DNA of 18,373 nucleotides, taken from contig JBKHIT010000079.1 of assembly GCA_046538485.1 (NCBI GenBank), positions 1 to 18,373 of the forward strand, in the 5' to 3' direction. Made by a program: the position numbers and the translations under genes. The notes beneath the pieces were generated by a model. That model ran no database searches. It saw only the letters and a list, made by a program, of their open reading frames with translations, and had not been told where the DNA came from. Below, one piece after another: positions 1 to 7,567 of the stretch (its first letter is position 1; every line of letters begins with the position of its first letter). This DNA comes from Candidatus Brocadiia bacterium. GTDB lineage: Bacteria; Planctomycetota; Brocadiia; SM23-32.

Positions 1-31
1 CCCCCGAAACCAGAAAGCTGGTTGCAAGGCC

Positions 32-53
32 ACGCACTTTACCGAATAGTTAC
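32..53 (-). repeat. Outer inverted repeat, left copy (IS-end-like)
   Basis: Reverse complement GTAACTATTCGGTAAAGTGCGT matches 653-674 at 18/22. Confidence 0.6.
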
Positions 54-95
54 CCGCCGTATCCGGGTCGGACCCCGCCGTATCCGGGTCGGACC
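54..95. repeat. Perfect 21-bp tandem duplication across the left element end
   Basis: CCGCCGTATCCGGGTCGGACC at 54-74 and 75-95. Confidence 0.95.
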
Positions 96-617
96 AACAC
101 AAGTCCTTATGTGAACTCACCTTCCGACAATAAAGGACCGCATATAGAGCTTAGATCGGGGTTTTTGACCCCAAAATAGTGCTTCTAAGCAAAATCATGC
201 CTATTCCCCGATCACAGGATCTAATTTATGTCCGGAGAGGCCCAAAGGGCCATGTGGCCCCGACGCGTGGGCTTCCGCTCCTCCCGCATCAGGCAGGATC
301 ATCATCTTCAAAAGAAATTCACGCTCATGACACCGATGGGTCAGATGCCAGATGCAATCGGGTAAAAAATGTCTGTTCGCTCGGGGCAACGGGCTACCTC
401 CTCCTCTCAGCGACACGCAGCGGGCTGACATAAGCATATGGGATTTATCCACAACAGAGCACATCATTGTAGTCCGGCCAGTCCCATCCATCAATTCCAC
501 ACCCATCAGACTGCTTAGAATCCCCATTTCCCCCACAAAATGCCCAGTCTAAGCCATATATAGGGGGTGTTTTTGTCCTATTCCAAGCCCTCGCAACGAC
601 TTCGGTTGGTCCGACCC
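86..617. mobile_element. Non-autonomous (internally deleted) RAYT/Y1-transposase-derived element with symmetric inverted ends
   Basis: Perfect 13-bp IR: GGGTCGGACCAAC (86-98) and GTTGGTCCGACCC (605-617). GCTTAGA-N28-TCTAAGC at 149-190 and 513-554, each 50 bp inside an IR. Contains a RAYT-like N-terminal fragment. Confidence 0.72.
306..389 (-). pseudogene. N-terminal fragment of REP-associated tyrosine transposase (RAYT, Y1_Tnp)
   Basis: TTG at 389 preceded by AGGAGGAGG. (M)PRANRHFLPDCIWHLTHRCHEREFLLK matches the MPR/MAR..R......WH.T.R N-terminus typical of RAYTs. Similarity stops after 28 codons, with no HUH or catalytic Tyr. The frame runs on to a stop at 201. Confidence 0.78.
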
Positions 618-639
618 CGATAAAGCACCCCGATAAAGC
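614..639. repeat. Perfect 13-bp tandem duplication across the right element end
   Basis: ACCCCGATAAAGC at 614-626 and 627-639. Confidence 0.95.
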
Positions 640-652
640 GTACAGAATTGAA

Positions 653-674
653 GTAAGTATTCAGTCAAATGCGT
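653..674 (+). repeat. Outer inverted repeat, right copy (IS-end-like)
   Basis: GTAAGTATTCAGTCAAATGCGT, 18/22 identical to the reverse complement of 32-53. Confidence 0.6.
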
Positions 675-685
675 CAGTTTATACC

Positions 686-1192
686 CTACCGTGCCCTGTG
701 CCGGTAGGTTTCTGATTGGCCACTACGGTCCTGAGAGCATAATACACCATAGCCGCTTGGCCAACCGGCGCCGGATCCCATCTGGGCCATGGGCGCCAGT
801 GTATCTCCCAGCCTCCATACGATCACCACCATCATGTGACGGCCCGGTTGAACGCGCATATCATACGATTCAACAGGCCAGGCGTCCGGCGTACCACGCT
901 CGGGACCGCGGCCCAAAAAGGTCCCGTTGAGGTACAGCTCGTATCGCTCATCAGCGGAGACGTGTATTCGGAACTCTTTCTCCTCGGAAACCGTAAACTC
1001 GCGGCGAAAAGCCCAGACTCCAGTCTCCCGCGTCGCGTCGTGAGGATCGCGAACCCAGTGAACGTTGCGGAATGCGGTGGTATCCAATTCTTTATCGGAC
1101 TCATCTTCACAGTGAGAACTGCACCGATTGACACGGTCTGCGATGAAATCTTTTCCTTCTTTCATATCACCAGTTTCCACGGCTTCCTCCAC
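686..1192 (-). pseudogene. Truncated alpha-L-rhamnosidase-like (GH78) N-terminal domain
   Basis: FRREF...IHVSADERYELYLNG..LGRGPERG...ESYD...PGRH....VW....AP.AQM is typical of GH78 N-terminal beta-domains. Similarity ends at about residue 140 (~nt 765). The catalytic (alpha/alpha)6 domain is absent and the gene abuts the mobile region. Confidence 0.72.
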
Positions 1193-1267
1193 ATGTGATC
1201 GTCTCTCGTTCCAATCAACACGAACATATCACCGTCTTCGGACTTTTTCGTTTGATACTGCTTTGAG

Positions 1268-2272
1268 TCACTCAAGAAAGCTCTCCACATCGGCGATGGC
1301 CAGTCCAATCACCGTGTCGGCTCCGCCATAATAGACCCACAACTCGGTGTCGAACAGCAGGGCACCACAGGAGAAAATGACATCCGGCACGTCACCCTCA
1401 CGTTCCCACGGAAGTTCCGGTTCGATGATCGGTTCGTCCTGACGTTTGACGGTTTTCCATGGTTCATCCAGATCAAGCAGCATGAGCCCCAGGCGATACA
1501 CATCGTCTTCGTCGATTCCGTGGTAGACCGTCAACCAGCCCGCATCGGTTCTGATGGGGGGAGCCGCCGAGCCTGAACGTTTACAATCCCATTGGCCCTC
1601 CCGCGGATACAGCACGGGATGATTGTCGTCCCAGGTTTTGAGATCATCCGAGAACGCAACGGCAATGCCCGGTGGTGCCTCATAGTCGTCCATTGGCCCG
1701 CGCGTCCAGTACTCGTAGACGAAATCATCGGGGGAAAGATGTTTGTAACGCTGGTCCTCCGGCCGATGGAAGGCCACGAAACGCCCATCGATCTTTTCGG
1801 GGAAAAGCAGCGCATTTTTGTTGTGTCCCCAGTCCTCATACAGCATCATCGGTCCCCGGTCCTCCCAGTGCTCCAGATCTTTGGACACGGCACAGGAGGG
1901 GATCATCTCCGAATGGTTCTTCCAGTTGGTGTAGACGAGGTAGTATGTATCACCAATCTTTGAAATGCGCGGATCCTGGGGGTCATACACTTGGCCATCG
2001 ATATAGACTTTGTTGTGAAGGATGGGTTCATCGTCGCACTGGAAGTGGATTCCATCGAGACTCCGTGCGTGGCCGATGCAGGAGTCATAGACCCTTTCTG
2101 GCGTTTCCGGTTGGCCTTCATGGTAGACGGCTCGATAAAACAGATGGAACACTCCATCCTCGTAACACGCGGCGGCATTGAACACCGCGCTCTGTTCCCA
2201 GCGAACGTGTGTGCGGGGTGTGAGAACTGGTCGATCCGATACGCGGTGCAATGTGATGGGACGGTTGCCCAT
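1268..2272 (-). CDS. GH130 beta-mannoside phosphorylase-like glycosidase
   Basis: VFNAAA, LFYRA, IGHARSLDGIHF, QDPRI, KNALLFPEKIDGRFVAFHRP, PPIRTDAGWLTVYHG, GDVPDVIFSCG, YYGGADT. AGGAG RBS upstream. Confidence 0.9.
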   Translation of the reverse strand: MGNRPITLHRVSDRPVLTPRTHVRWEQSAVFNAAACYEDGVFHLFYRAVYHEGQPETPERVYDSCIGHARSLDGIHFQCDDEPILHNKVYIDGQVYDPQDPRISKIGDTYYLVYTNWKNHSEMIPSCAVSKDLEHWEDRGPMMLYEDWGHNKNALLFPEKIDGRFVAFHRPEDQRYKHLSPDDFVYEYWTRGPMDDYEAPPGIAVAFSDDLKTWDDNHPVLYPREGQWDCKRSGSAAPPIRTDAGWLTVYHGIDEDDVYRLGLMLLDLDEPWKTVKRQDEPIIEPELPWEREGDVPDVIFSCGALLFDTELWVYYGGADTVIGLAIADVESFLE

Positions 2273-2325
2273 AGCATTCTCCTTGTATATTAAGTCAGGT
2301 GAAAACGTTCGTTGAATGGCATTAC

Positions 2326-2370
2326 AATCGTAGTCGTGATGGGCGCCTTGATAAGGCGCAGATTACGATT
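2326..2370. terminator. Intergenic stem-loop (terminator or mRNA-stabilising hairpin)
   Basis: GCGCCTT-GAT-AAGGCGC (2343-2359) nested in AATCGTAGTC/GATTACGATT arms, just after the DUF3604 stop. No strong U-tract on the minus strand. Confidence 0.4.
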
Positions 2371-2384
2371 TTAGTTGGGTGCGT

Positions 2385-4307
2385 TCATGCCTTCTGCACC
2401 CACACCGGGGTCGTCCACGACATCTCACCGCCGCTTTCGGTAATGCGGGCCTGGTAGAAGTCCACCGGGCGATCGGACACCGTCTCATCGACATGTTCGA
2501 TGCTGAGGTTCTGACAGGGGTTTTTGCCCGTGTCGCCCACGAGATATTCGTTGTTTTTCAGGATTTCTGCTTTGATGATGCGGTCCGCGGCCCACACCTG
2601 CAGATTGATGCGTCGCGGCCGGTCCGACTGTATCTCCTCCCCCATAAATCCATCGTTCACCTCAAAGAACACCACTGTTTTGCGGCCGGTGGTGGTGAAC
2701 GTGCGACGGGCGAAAAGGGCGCCCCAGAGCGACTGCCGGGTCAGATCCCGAGCCCACACGGCGGCGAGCCCGTTCTGATACTGAAGTGTGGTGTAAGGAC
2801 CCGGTTCCTTCATGCGGGATCCCGGATTCCCATAGTGCGTATCGCTGCCACCGATGAGACCGAATTTGTAGCCTGCGGAGAAAATATCCTGTACCGTTCG
2901 CCCCTTTTTCGTCCCTTTCAGGGGTTTGCGGTTGCCGAAGTACTCGCTGTTCCCGTGTTTGGAGAACATCTCGATCACCGGCATGCTCGATTGATCGAGC
3001 TTGAAAAAATCATGCAGACCATCGGGATACCGATCCCAGATGCGCCACGAGATGGCAGGATGATGTGGAATCGCCATGACTTCGTGCTCCTTCAGGTACT
3101 CATTCATCGTATCCCAGGTTTCACCACCGTCCGTTCCGTCCTCGTTCTGCACCGGCTGCATCATCTCGGGGTTGCCCTCGAGAAAATAGAAATTGATGTC
3201 CTCATCGGTGCTCATTGGACTCAGCTCCACCCCTGGAAACGTGACGAAACGGTGCGGATCGTTGTATCGACGGGCCGCGTCGCAGGTTCGGGCCCATCGC
3301 TCCGGGTTATCACGGGTCTGGAAAAGGGGGGACATGAATGGGTGTCCGCTGCTGGGTTCGCCCCCCACGATGACCTGGTGATCCGCCGTTGCTGCGAAAT
3401 CGAGGACGGCGGTGTCGCGGGCGAACTGATAAGCCTCATCGAGGCTTCCCCAGGCATCCATTGACATCTCGGTGTGGGCATGAATCTCACCGAAATACAG
3501 CCGATACGGAAAGTCATCCTCCAGCTGAATGCAGGGAGTCGAACAATACGTCTCGTGGCCGTCGGCCACGCTGATCCGAAAATACGGTATGTCGGCGGGA
3601 CAGAAATGAACGCGCTTCACGCCATGGTCAGCCGGTGTCATCCGGATGGTTGCCGGAAGATTGTGGCCCACCTCGCGATTCATCACTTTCAGCTCGCCCG
3701 TGTAATTCACGCACCGATTGCCATGCCGGTCTTCCGCAACGATTGTAAGGCAGACTTCGTCACCGCATTTGTAAGTGGGCGTGAGATGCACATAGAAATG
3801 AGCTCGTCGACCGTTTCGCACGGACGGTGTCGGAAAATCAGCCACCTGTTTGTCACCGTCGGTCTCCCGGAAGCACTCAAAATGAACCCGATTGAACGAC
3901 TGGGGCGAGGTGCGGCATCCGGGACCACCATGGGACCGGTCTCCGATGTGAAAGGTGACGGAATCGCCGGGCTCGATGGTCCCATCCGTCACCATGCATT
4001 GAATGTATCGATCACGTTGAGGATAAATGGAAACGTGCAGCCGGGCATCGGTGTCGGACTGCAACCGGACGAATCCCTCCCCCTGTGGATCATCAACCTG
4101 GGGCAGAGAGAACCCGAAAGGGAGGCCGAGGACAAAGGAGTCGTCCTCGTGGATGGGGGTGTCCTGAAAACGAATCGTGATCGAAAAAGACCGCCACTGA
4201 CCGGCCCTCATTTTGTTCAGCCCACGGGTTGTTACAACATCGTGTGATATCTTAAAGTTGTTTGGTTTGATCAAGTTCCTCAGTCGCCTTTCATGGCCAT
4301 TTGGCAT
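2385..4307 (-). CDS. DUF3604 / PHP-like (CehA/McbA-type) metallohydrolase
   Basis: LYFGEIHAHT (HxH), LDFAATADH, IPHHP, EMFSKHGNSE, GGSDTH.GNPG, GLAAVWA..LTR.SLW.AL.ARR.F.TTG, C-terminal W.TP.WV. Start codon uncertain. Confidence 0.8.
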   Translation of the reverse strand: MPNGHERRLRNLIKPNNFKISHDVVTTRGLNKMRAGQWRSFSITIRFQDTPIHEDDSFVLGLPFGFSLPQVDDPQGEGFVRLQSDTDARLHVSIYPQRDRYIQCMVTDGTIEPGDSVTFHIGDRSHGGPGCRTSPQSFNRVHFECFRETDGDKQVADFPTPSVRNGRRAHFYVHLTPTYKCGDEVCLTIVAEDRHGNRCVNYTGELKVMNREVGHNLPATIRMTPADHGVKRVHFCPADIPYFRISVADGHETYCSTPCIQLEDDFPYRLYFGEIHAHTEMSMDAWGSLDEAYQFARDTAVLDFAATADHQVIVGGEPSSGHPFMSPLFQTRDNPERWARTCDAARRYNDPHRFVTFPGVELSPMSTDEDINFYFLEGNPEMMQPVQNEDGTDGGETWDTMNEYLKEHEVMAIPHHPAISWRIWDRYPDGLHDFFKLDQSSMPVIEMFSKHGNSEYFGNRKPLKGTKKGRTVQDIFSAGYKFGLIGGSDTHYGNPGSRMKEPGPYTTLQYQNGLAAVWARDLTRQSLWGALFARRTFTTTGRKTVVFFEVNDGFMGEEIQSDRPRRINLQVWAADRIIKAEILKNNEYLVGDTGKNPCQNLSIEHVDETVSDRPVDFYQARITESGGEMSWTTPVWVQKA

Positions 4308-4394
4308 CTTACTTCGACGCTCAAAGTTGAACGGTGGACGTTAGATACTCGGCGTAAACACCGCAAAGTGAACATATGTGTCATGATTGCTGTG

Positions 4395-5831
4395 TCAGTC
4401 ATCCTCTCGCGGCGGATATACTTCCGTGGGGTCCCCCGTGTCTCCGCACTCCTTCCGGAGCCGATTGAGTTCCTGCTTCAAGTCCGATATCTCTCCGGCG
4501 TATTGGGGATCGTCGTATCGATTCTGCCGTTCGTGTGGATCCTCCGACAGATCGTAGAACTCCCAGCAGTCTTCCGGCTGTCGGCCATCGTCACGCACCA
4601 GTCCGTAGTAGTGAATCAGCTTCCGATCCTCCGTCCGCACGCCGTAATGACTGGGGCGTTCGGGAGCATAAGGTGTCCAGTAATGGTAGTACGTGCTCTC
4701 GCGCCAGTCGTCCGGTGTCTCGCCCCGCAGGTTGGATCGAAAACTCCGTCCCTGCATCGCGTCCGGAACCTCTTCGCCGGCGTAATCGAGGAACAGCTCG
4801 GCGAAATCCACATTTGTGATGATATCGTCCACCACCGTTCCGGCTTCAATTTCCTCCGGATAGCGCACGATGAACGGCATGCGCAGGGACTCCTCCAGCA
4901 TGAACCGTTTGTCGAACAGATTGTGTTCGCCCAGGAAATAGCCCTGGTCGGAGGTGTAGATGACGATCGTATTCTCATCAAGCCCTGCCTCGCGGAGGTA
5001 ATTCAGCAGCCGCCCGATGTTGTCGTCGATCCCGGCCACCGTGCGCATATAATCGTGGACCATCTTCTGGTAGGTCGCCCGGCGGGCCTCTTCCTCATTC
5101 ATTCCGTCAACGTCGAGACGGGGTGGAGCGTACTCCTCCGGGTTGTCCAGGCATCGCTGTTTGTGGATCTCCAGCGGCCAGCCCTCGAACACCTTCCCCT
5201 TCGGACTCTCATCCCACATCATGTCCTCCGGCTCCGGAAACTCCACGTCGTCGTAAAGCTCGCGATACCGATCATGACTGTAGTAGGGGCCGTGTGTGGC
5301 TTTGAAATGGCACATGCAGAAAAACGGGTCCTCGGATTCCTCCTGAGATTCCAGCCACTGGAGGGTTTCGTCCGTGATGATGTCCGTCGAATGCCCCTCA
5401 TATTCAGTGCCATCTCCTTCCCAGTCCTGGCCTTTTTCCCACAGAATGGGGTTGTGGTAGCGGCCCTGATTGTGGAGCACATTGAAGTAATCGAACCCGC
5501 GCGGCTCGGTCCGCAGATGCCATTTCCCCAGAATCGCGGTGTTGTAACCGGCGGCCTGAAGATGTTTGGCCACGTGGTCCCGTTCGGGATCGAGTTCATC
5601 TCGCAGGGTGCGTACATCGTTCACATGACTGTGCTGCCCGGTGAGAATCGTCGCCCGACTCGGCACGCAGATCGAGTTGGTGCAGAAACAGTTCTCCAGA
5701 AGCGCACCGTCCTCGGCGATACTGTCGATGTTGGGGGTGTCGATGTAGGGAGCCAACCGGGAGTTGTAGCATCCCCACGCCTGCGAAGTGTGATCATCGG
5801 CCATGATGTACAGTATGTTCGGTCGTGCCAC
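4395..5831 (-). CDS. Cys-type S1 sulfatase, GlcNAc-6-sulfatase-like, with C-terminal DUF4976-type domain
   Basis: RPNILYIMADDH, CVPSRATILTG, GKWHL, YTSDQGYFLGEH..FDKRFM.EES. AAGGAG RBS. Confidence 0.93.
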   Translation of the reverse strand: MARPNILYIMADDHTSQAWGCYNSRLAPYIDTPNIDSIAEDGALLENCFCTNSICVPSRATILTGQHSHVNDVRTLRDELDPERDHVAKHLQAAGYNTAILGKWHLRTEPRGFDYFNVLHNQGRYHNPILWEKGQDWEGDGTEYEGHSTDIITDETLQWLESQEESEDPFFCMCHFKATHGPYYSHDRYRELYDDVEFPEPEDMMWDESPKGKVFEGWPLEIHKQRCLDNPEEYAPPRLDVDGMNEEEARRATYQKMVHDYMRTVAGIDDNIGRLLNYLREAGLDENTIVIYTSDQGYFLGEHNLFDKRFMLEESLRMPFIVRYPEEIEAGTVVDDIITNVDFAELFLDYAGEEVPDAMQGRSFRSNLRGETPDDWRESTYYHYWTPYAPERPSHYGVRTEDRKLIHYYGLVRDDGRQPEDCWEFYDLSEDPHERQNRYDDPQYAGEISDLKQELNRLRKECGDTGDPTEVYPPREDD

Positions 5832-5876
5832 TTTTCAGTCTCCTTTTTCTAACTGAGAAATCGCAATCGTAGTCGG

Positions 5877-7430
5877 TCAGCTCACGCAGATCTCAACGGA
5901 ATGCTTTCCTTTCATATCATACGAGATATGTGGATCACATCGTTCGCCATCCAGTCGGAACTCCTCGATGACCGTTCCTTCTCCGTCCACCTTCAGGTCC
6001 AGTGTCATATTCCGGCAACGGACTTCCCGCAGTTCCGCCCCGGCGAAATCAGACGGCACCGCCGGGTCAAACCTTATGCCATCTTCCTCCAGCCGTAAAC
6101 CGAAGACACCGTGCACAATCATCGCCAAATATCCCGAAGCCGACCAGCTCTGGTTGGGTTTGGGCGGCCGATACCGGCTCTGTGGGGAATCGACCGGTCC
6201 ATGATAGCCCTTGTACGGAGTGCCGTGAACGAGATGGTAGGCCTCGTAAAAGGTGCCGTCGGATTCGGCCACCATCTTCGTGATACCAGCGAGCATGTGC
6301 CCCAGAAAACCGGGGCAATCCGCCACCGACCCCGCCCAGCCGGCGAAACCCTGTATAAAGGGCCAGATCGAGCCGTTCCCCGTGCCCAATTTCTCCAGGT
6401 TTTCCCGGTCGAAACGCGGGAACATGGGCCAGGTGCATGGCACACCCCACTCCGAGGTGTAGGTGTTTTCTATGATTTGCTGGGCCCGTTCCCGATCAGC
6501 CACGCCCGTGATGATGGCCAGCATCTGTCCCACCGTGCTGGAATACTCGCACTGTTGACCGTCACCGTCGAGAAAATAGGCATACCGTTTTTTCTCCGGC
6601 AGCCAGAGTTGATCGTTGATGGCCGTTTTTAGATCCTCCGCCATCTGTGCGAAATATTGCTTTTCCTCTTCAGGCCGCCCCAGTATTCCGGCCGCCTGTG
6701 CCGCGATCCGCAGGGCATTGTAGTACAGACAGTTCGTGCCGATACACTGCATCTGGATCCGATCCTTGCCGGTGACCTCCACGTACCGCAGTATGTTCAT
6801 CCCCTTTTCCCAGCCCTCGTTGTAGGGTGGGGGATATTTGGCCCGCCCGTCGCCGAACGTTTCCGGGCCCCGGAAGAGACCGGTTTCCTCGTTATATTCA
6901 TATCCGATCAAGTCACCGACGGGTGTTTTTACGTTAAGGTTCTTGTTATACGATGGTCGCATGCGCCCCACATCCTCCAGCAGGGTGTTCCGCGTCGCGG
7001 TGTACGCCAGCTCCAGGAAATCCTCGTCCCCCGTGATCAGGTAGTAGGTCCACGCCGCCGTCGTCCAGGCGATTTTATCCCAGTATTGATCGGCGATGAA
7101 GATTTTCTCGTCCACGTACCAAAGGCACGAAAGAAGTGTTTCCCGGGCGATTTCTGGATGCAGAAACGCCCCACCGTGATAGATCACGAAGGAGACGTCC
7201 CGGTTGTGGGGCTGGCCCCGAAAACGGGGATCATACGCATCGGAGGCCGGTGACCATATCCTGAGTGTTTGACCGCGAATGTGGGGCGGTTTGTCGATCC
7301 ACCGTTTCTGCGGTTTGATTTTACTTTTGGCCTCCTCGTCGATGGTGAAATCCACGACATTGTCGCGGAGGGTATCCACTGCAGCCTCGAAAACCTGCTG
7401 ATACACTGGTTCGCTTGAGTTCAGGAACAT
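5877..7430 (-). CDS. (alpha/alpha)6-barrel glycoside hydrolase (amylo-alpha-1,6-glucosidase/MGH1-like)
   Basis: RDVSF, WD...W..AAW.YYL.TGD..FL, TN.LYY.AL, LK.AIN..LW, GSIWPF, QSWSASGYL......FG......I.F.P. Substrate unknown. Confidence 0.75.
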   Translation of the reverse strand: MFLNSSEPVYQQVFEAAVDTLRDNVVDFTIDEEAKSKIKPQKRWIDKPPHIRGQTLRIWSPASDAYDPRFRGQPHNRDVSFVIYHGGAFLHPEIARETLLSCLWYVDEKIFIADQYWDKIAWTTAAWTYYLITGDEDFLELAYTATRNTLLEDVGRMRPSYNKNLNVKTPVGDLIGYEYNEETGLFRGPETFGDGRAKYPPPYNEGWEKGMNILRYVEVTGKDRIQMQCIGTNCLYYNALRIAAQAAGILGRPEEEKQYFAQMAEDLKTAINDQLWLPEKKRYAYFLDGDGQQCEYSSTVGQMLAIITGVADRERAQQIIENTYTSEWGVPCTWPMFPRFDRENLEKLGTGNGSIWPFIQGFAGWAGSVADCPGFLGHMLAGITKMVAESDGTFYEAYHLVHGTPYKGYHGPVDSPQSRYRPPKPNQSWSASGYLAMIVHGVFGLRLEEDGIRFDPAVPSDFAGAELREVRCRNMTLDLKVDGEGTVIEEFRLDGERCDPHISYDMKGKHSVEICVS

Positions 7431-7567
7431 TCGCGTCTCTCGCTAACAAAAAGAAAAACTGCGGAACGGCGTACGAACAAGTACGCTCTGTCCGTTTGAG
7501 AGTGGGACATAATACTTGCGCAACTCCGTTGTCGTCTGACCGGTTTTGCCAGTTCTTGCGGTGGATT

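Noticed and set aside
54..95. Repeats as a CRISPR array
   Set aside because: Two abutting copies with no spacers, and no cas genes
201..536. 111-aa ORF as an intact gene
   Set aside because: Only codons 389-306 look like a real protein. The upstream part runs through the element end motif and the RBS.
2379..4247. Plus-strand ORFs of 361 and 257 aa
   Set aside because: Antisense to the DUF3604 gene; no family motifs
4293..5852. 519-aa plus-strand ORF
   Set aside because: Antisense shadow of a clear sulfatase; no recognisable motifs. Expected from GC-rich codon bias.
7444..7497. Possible terminator between the sulfatase and the glycosidase
   Set aside because: Only a 6-bp core stem (GCGTAC/GTACGC), separated from the T-tract; too weak to call
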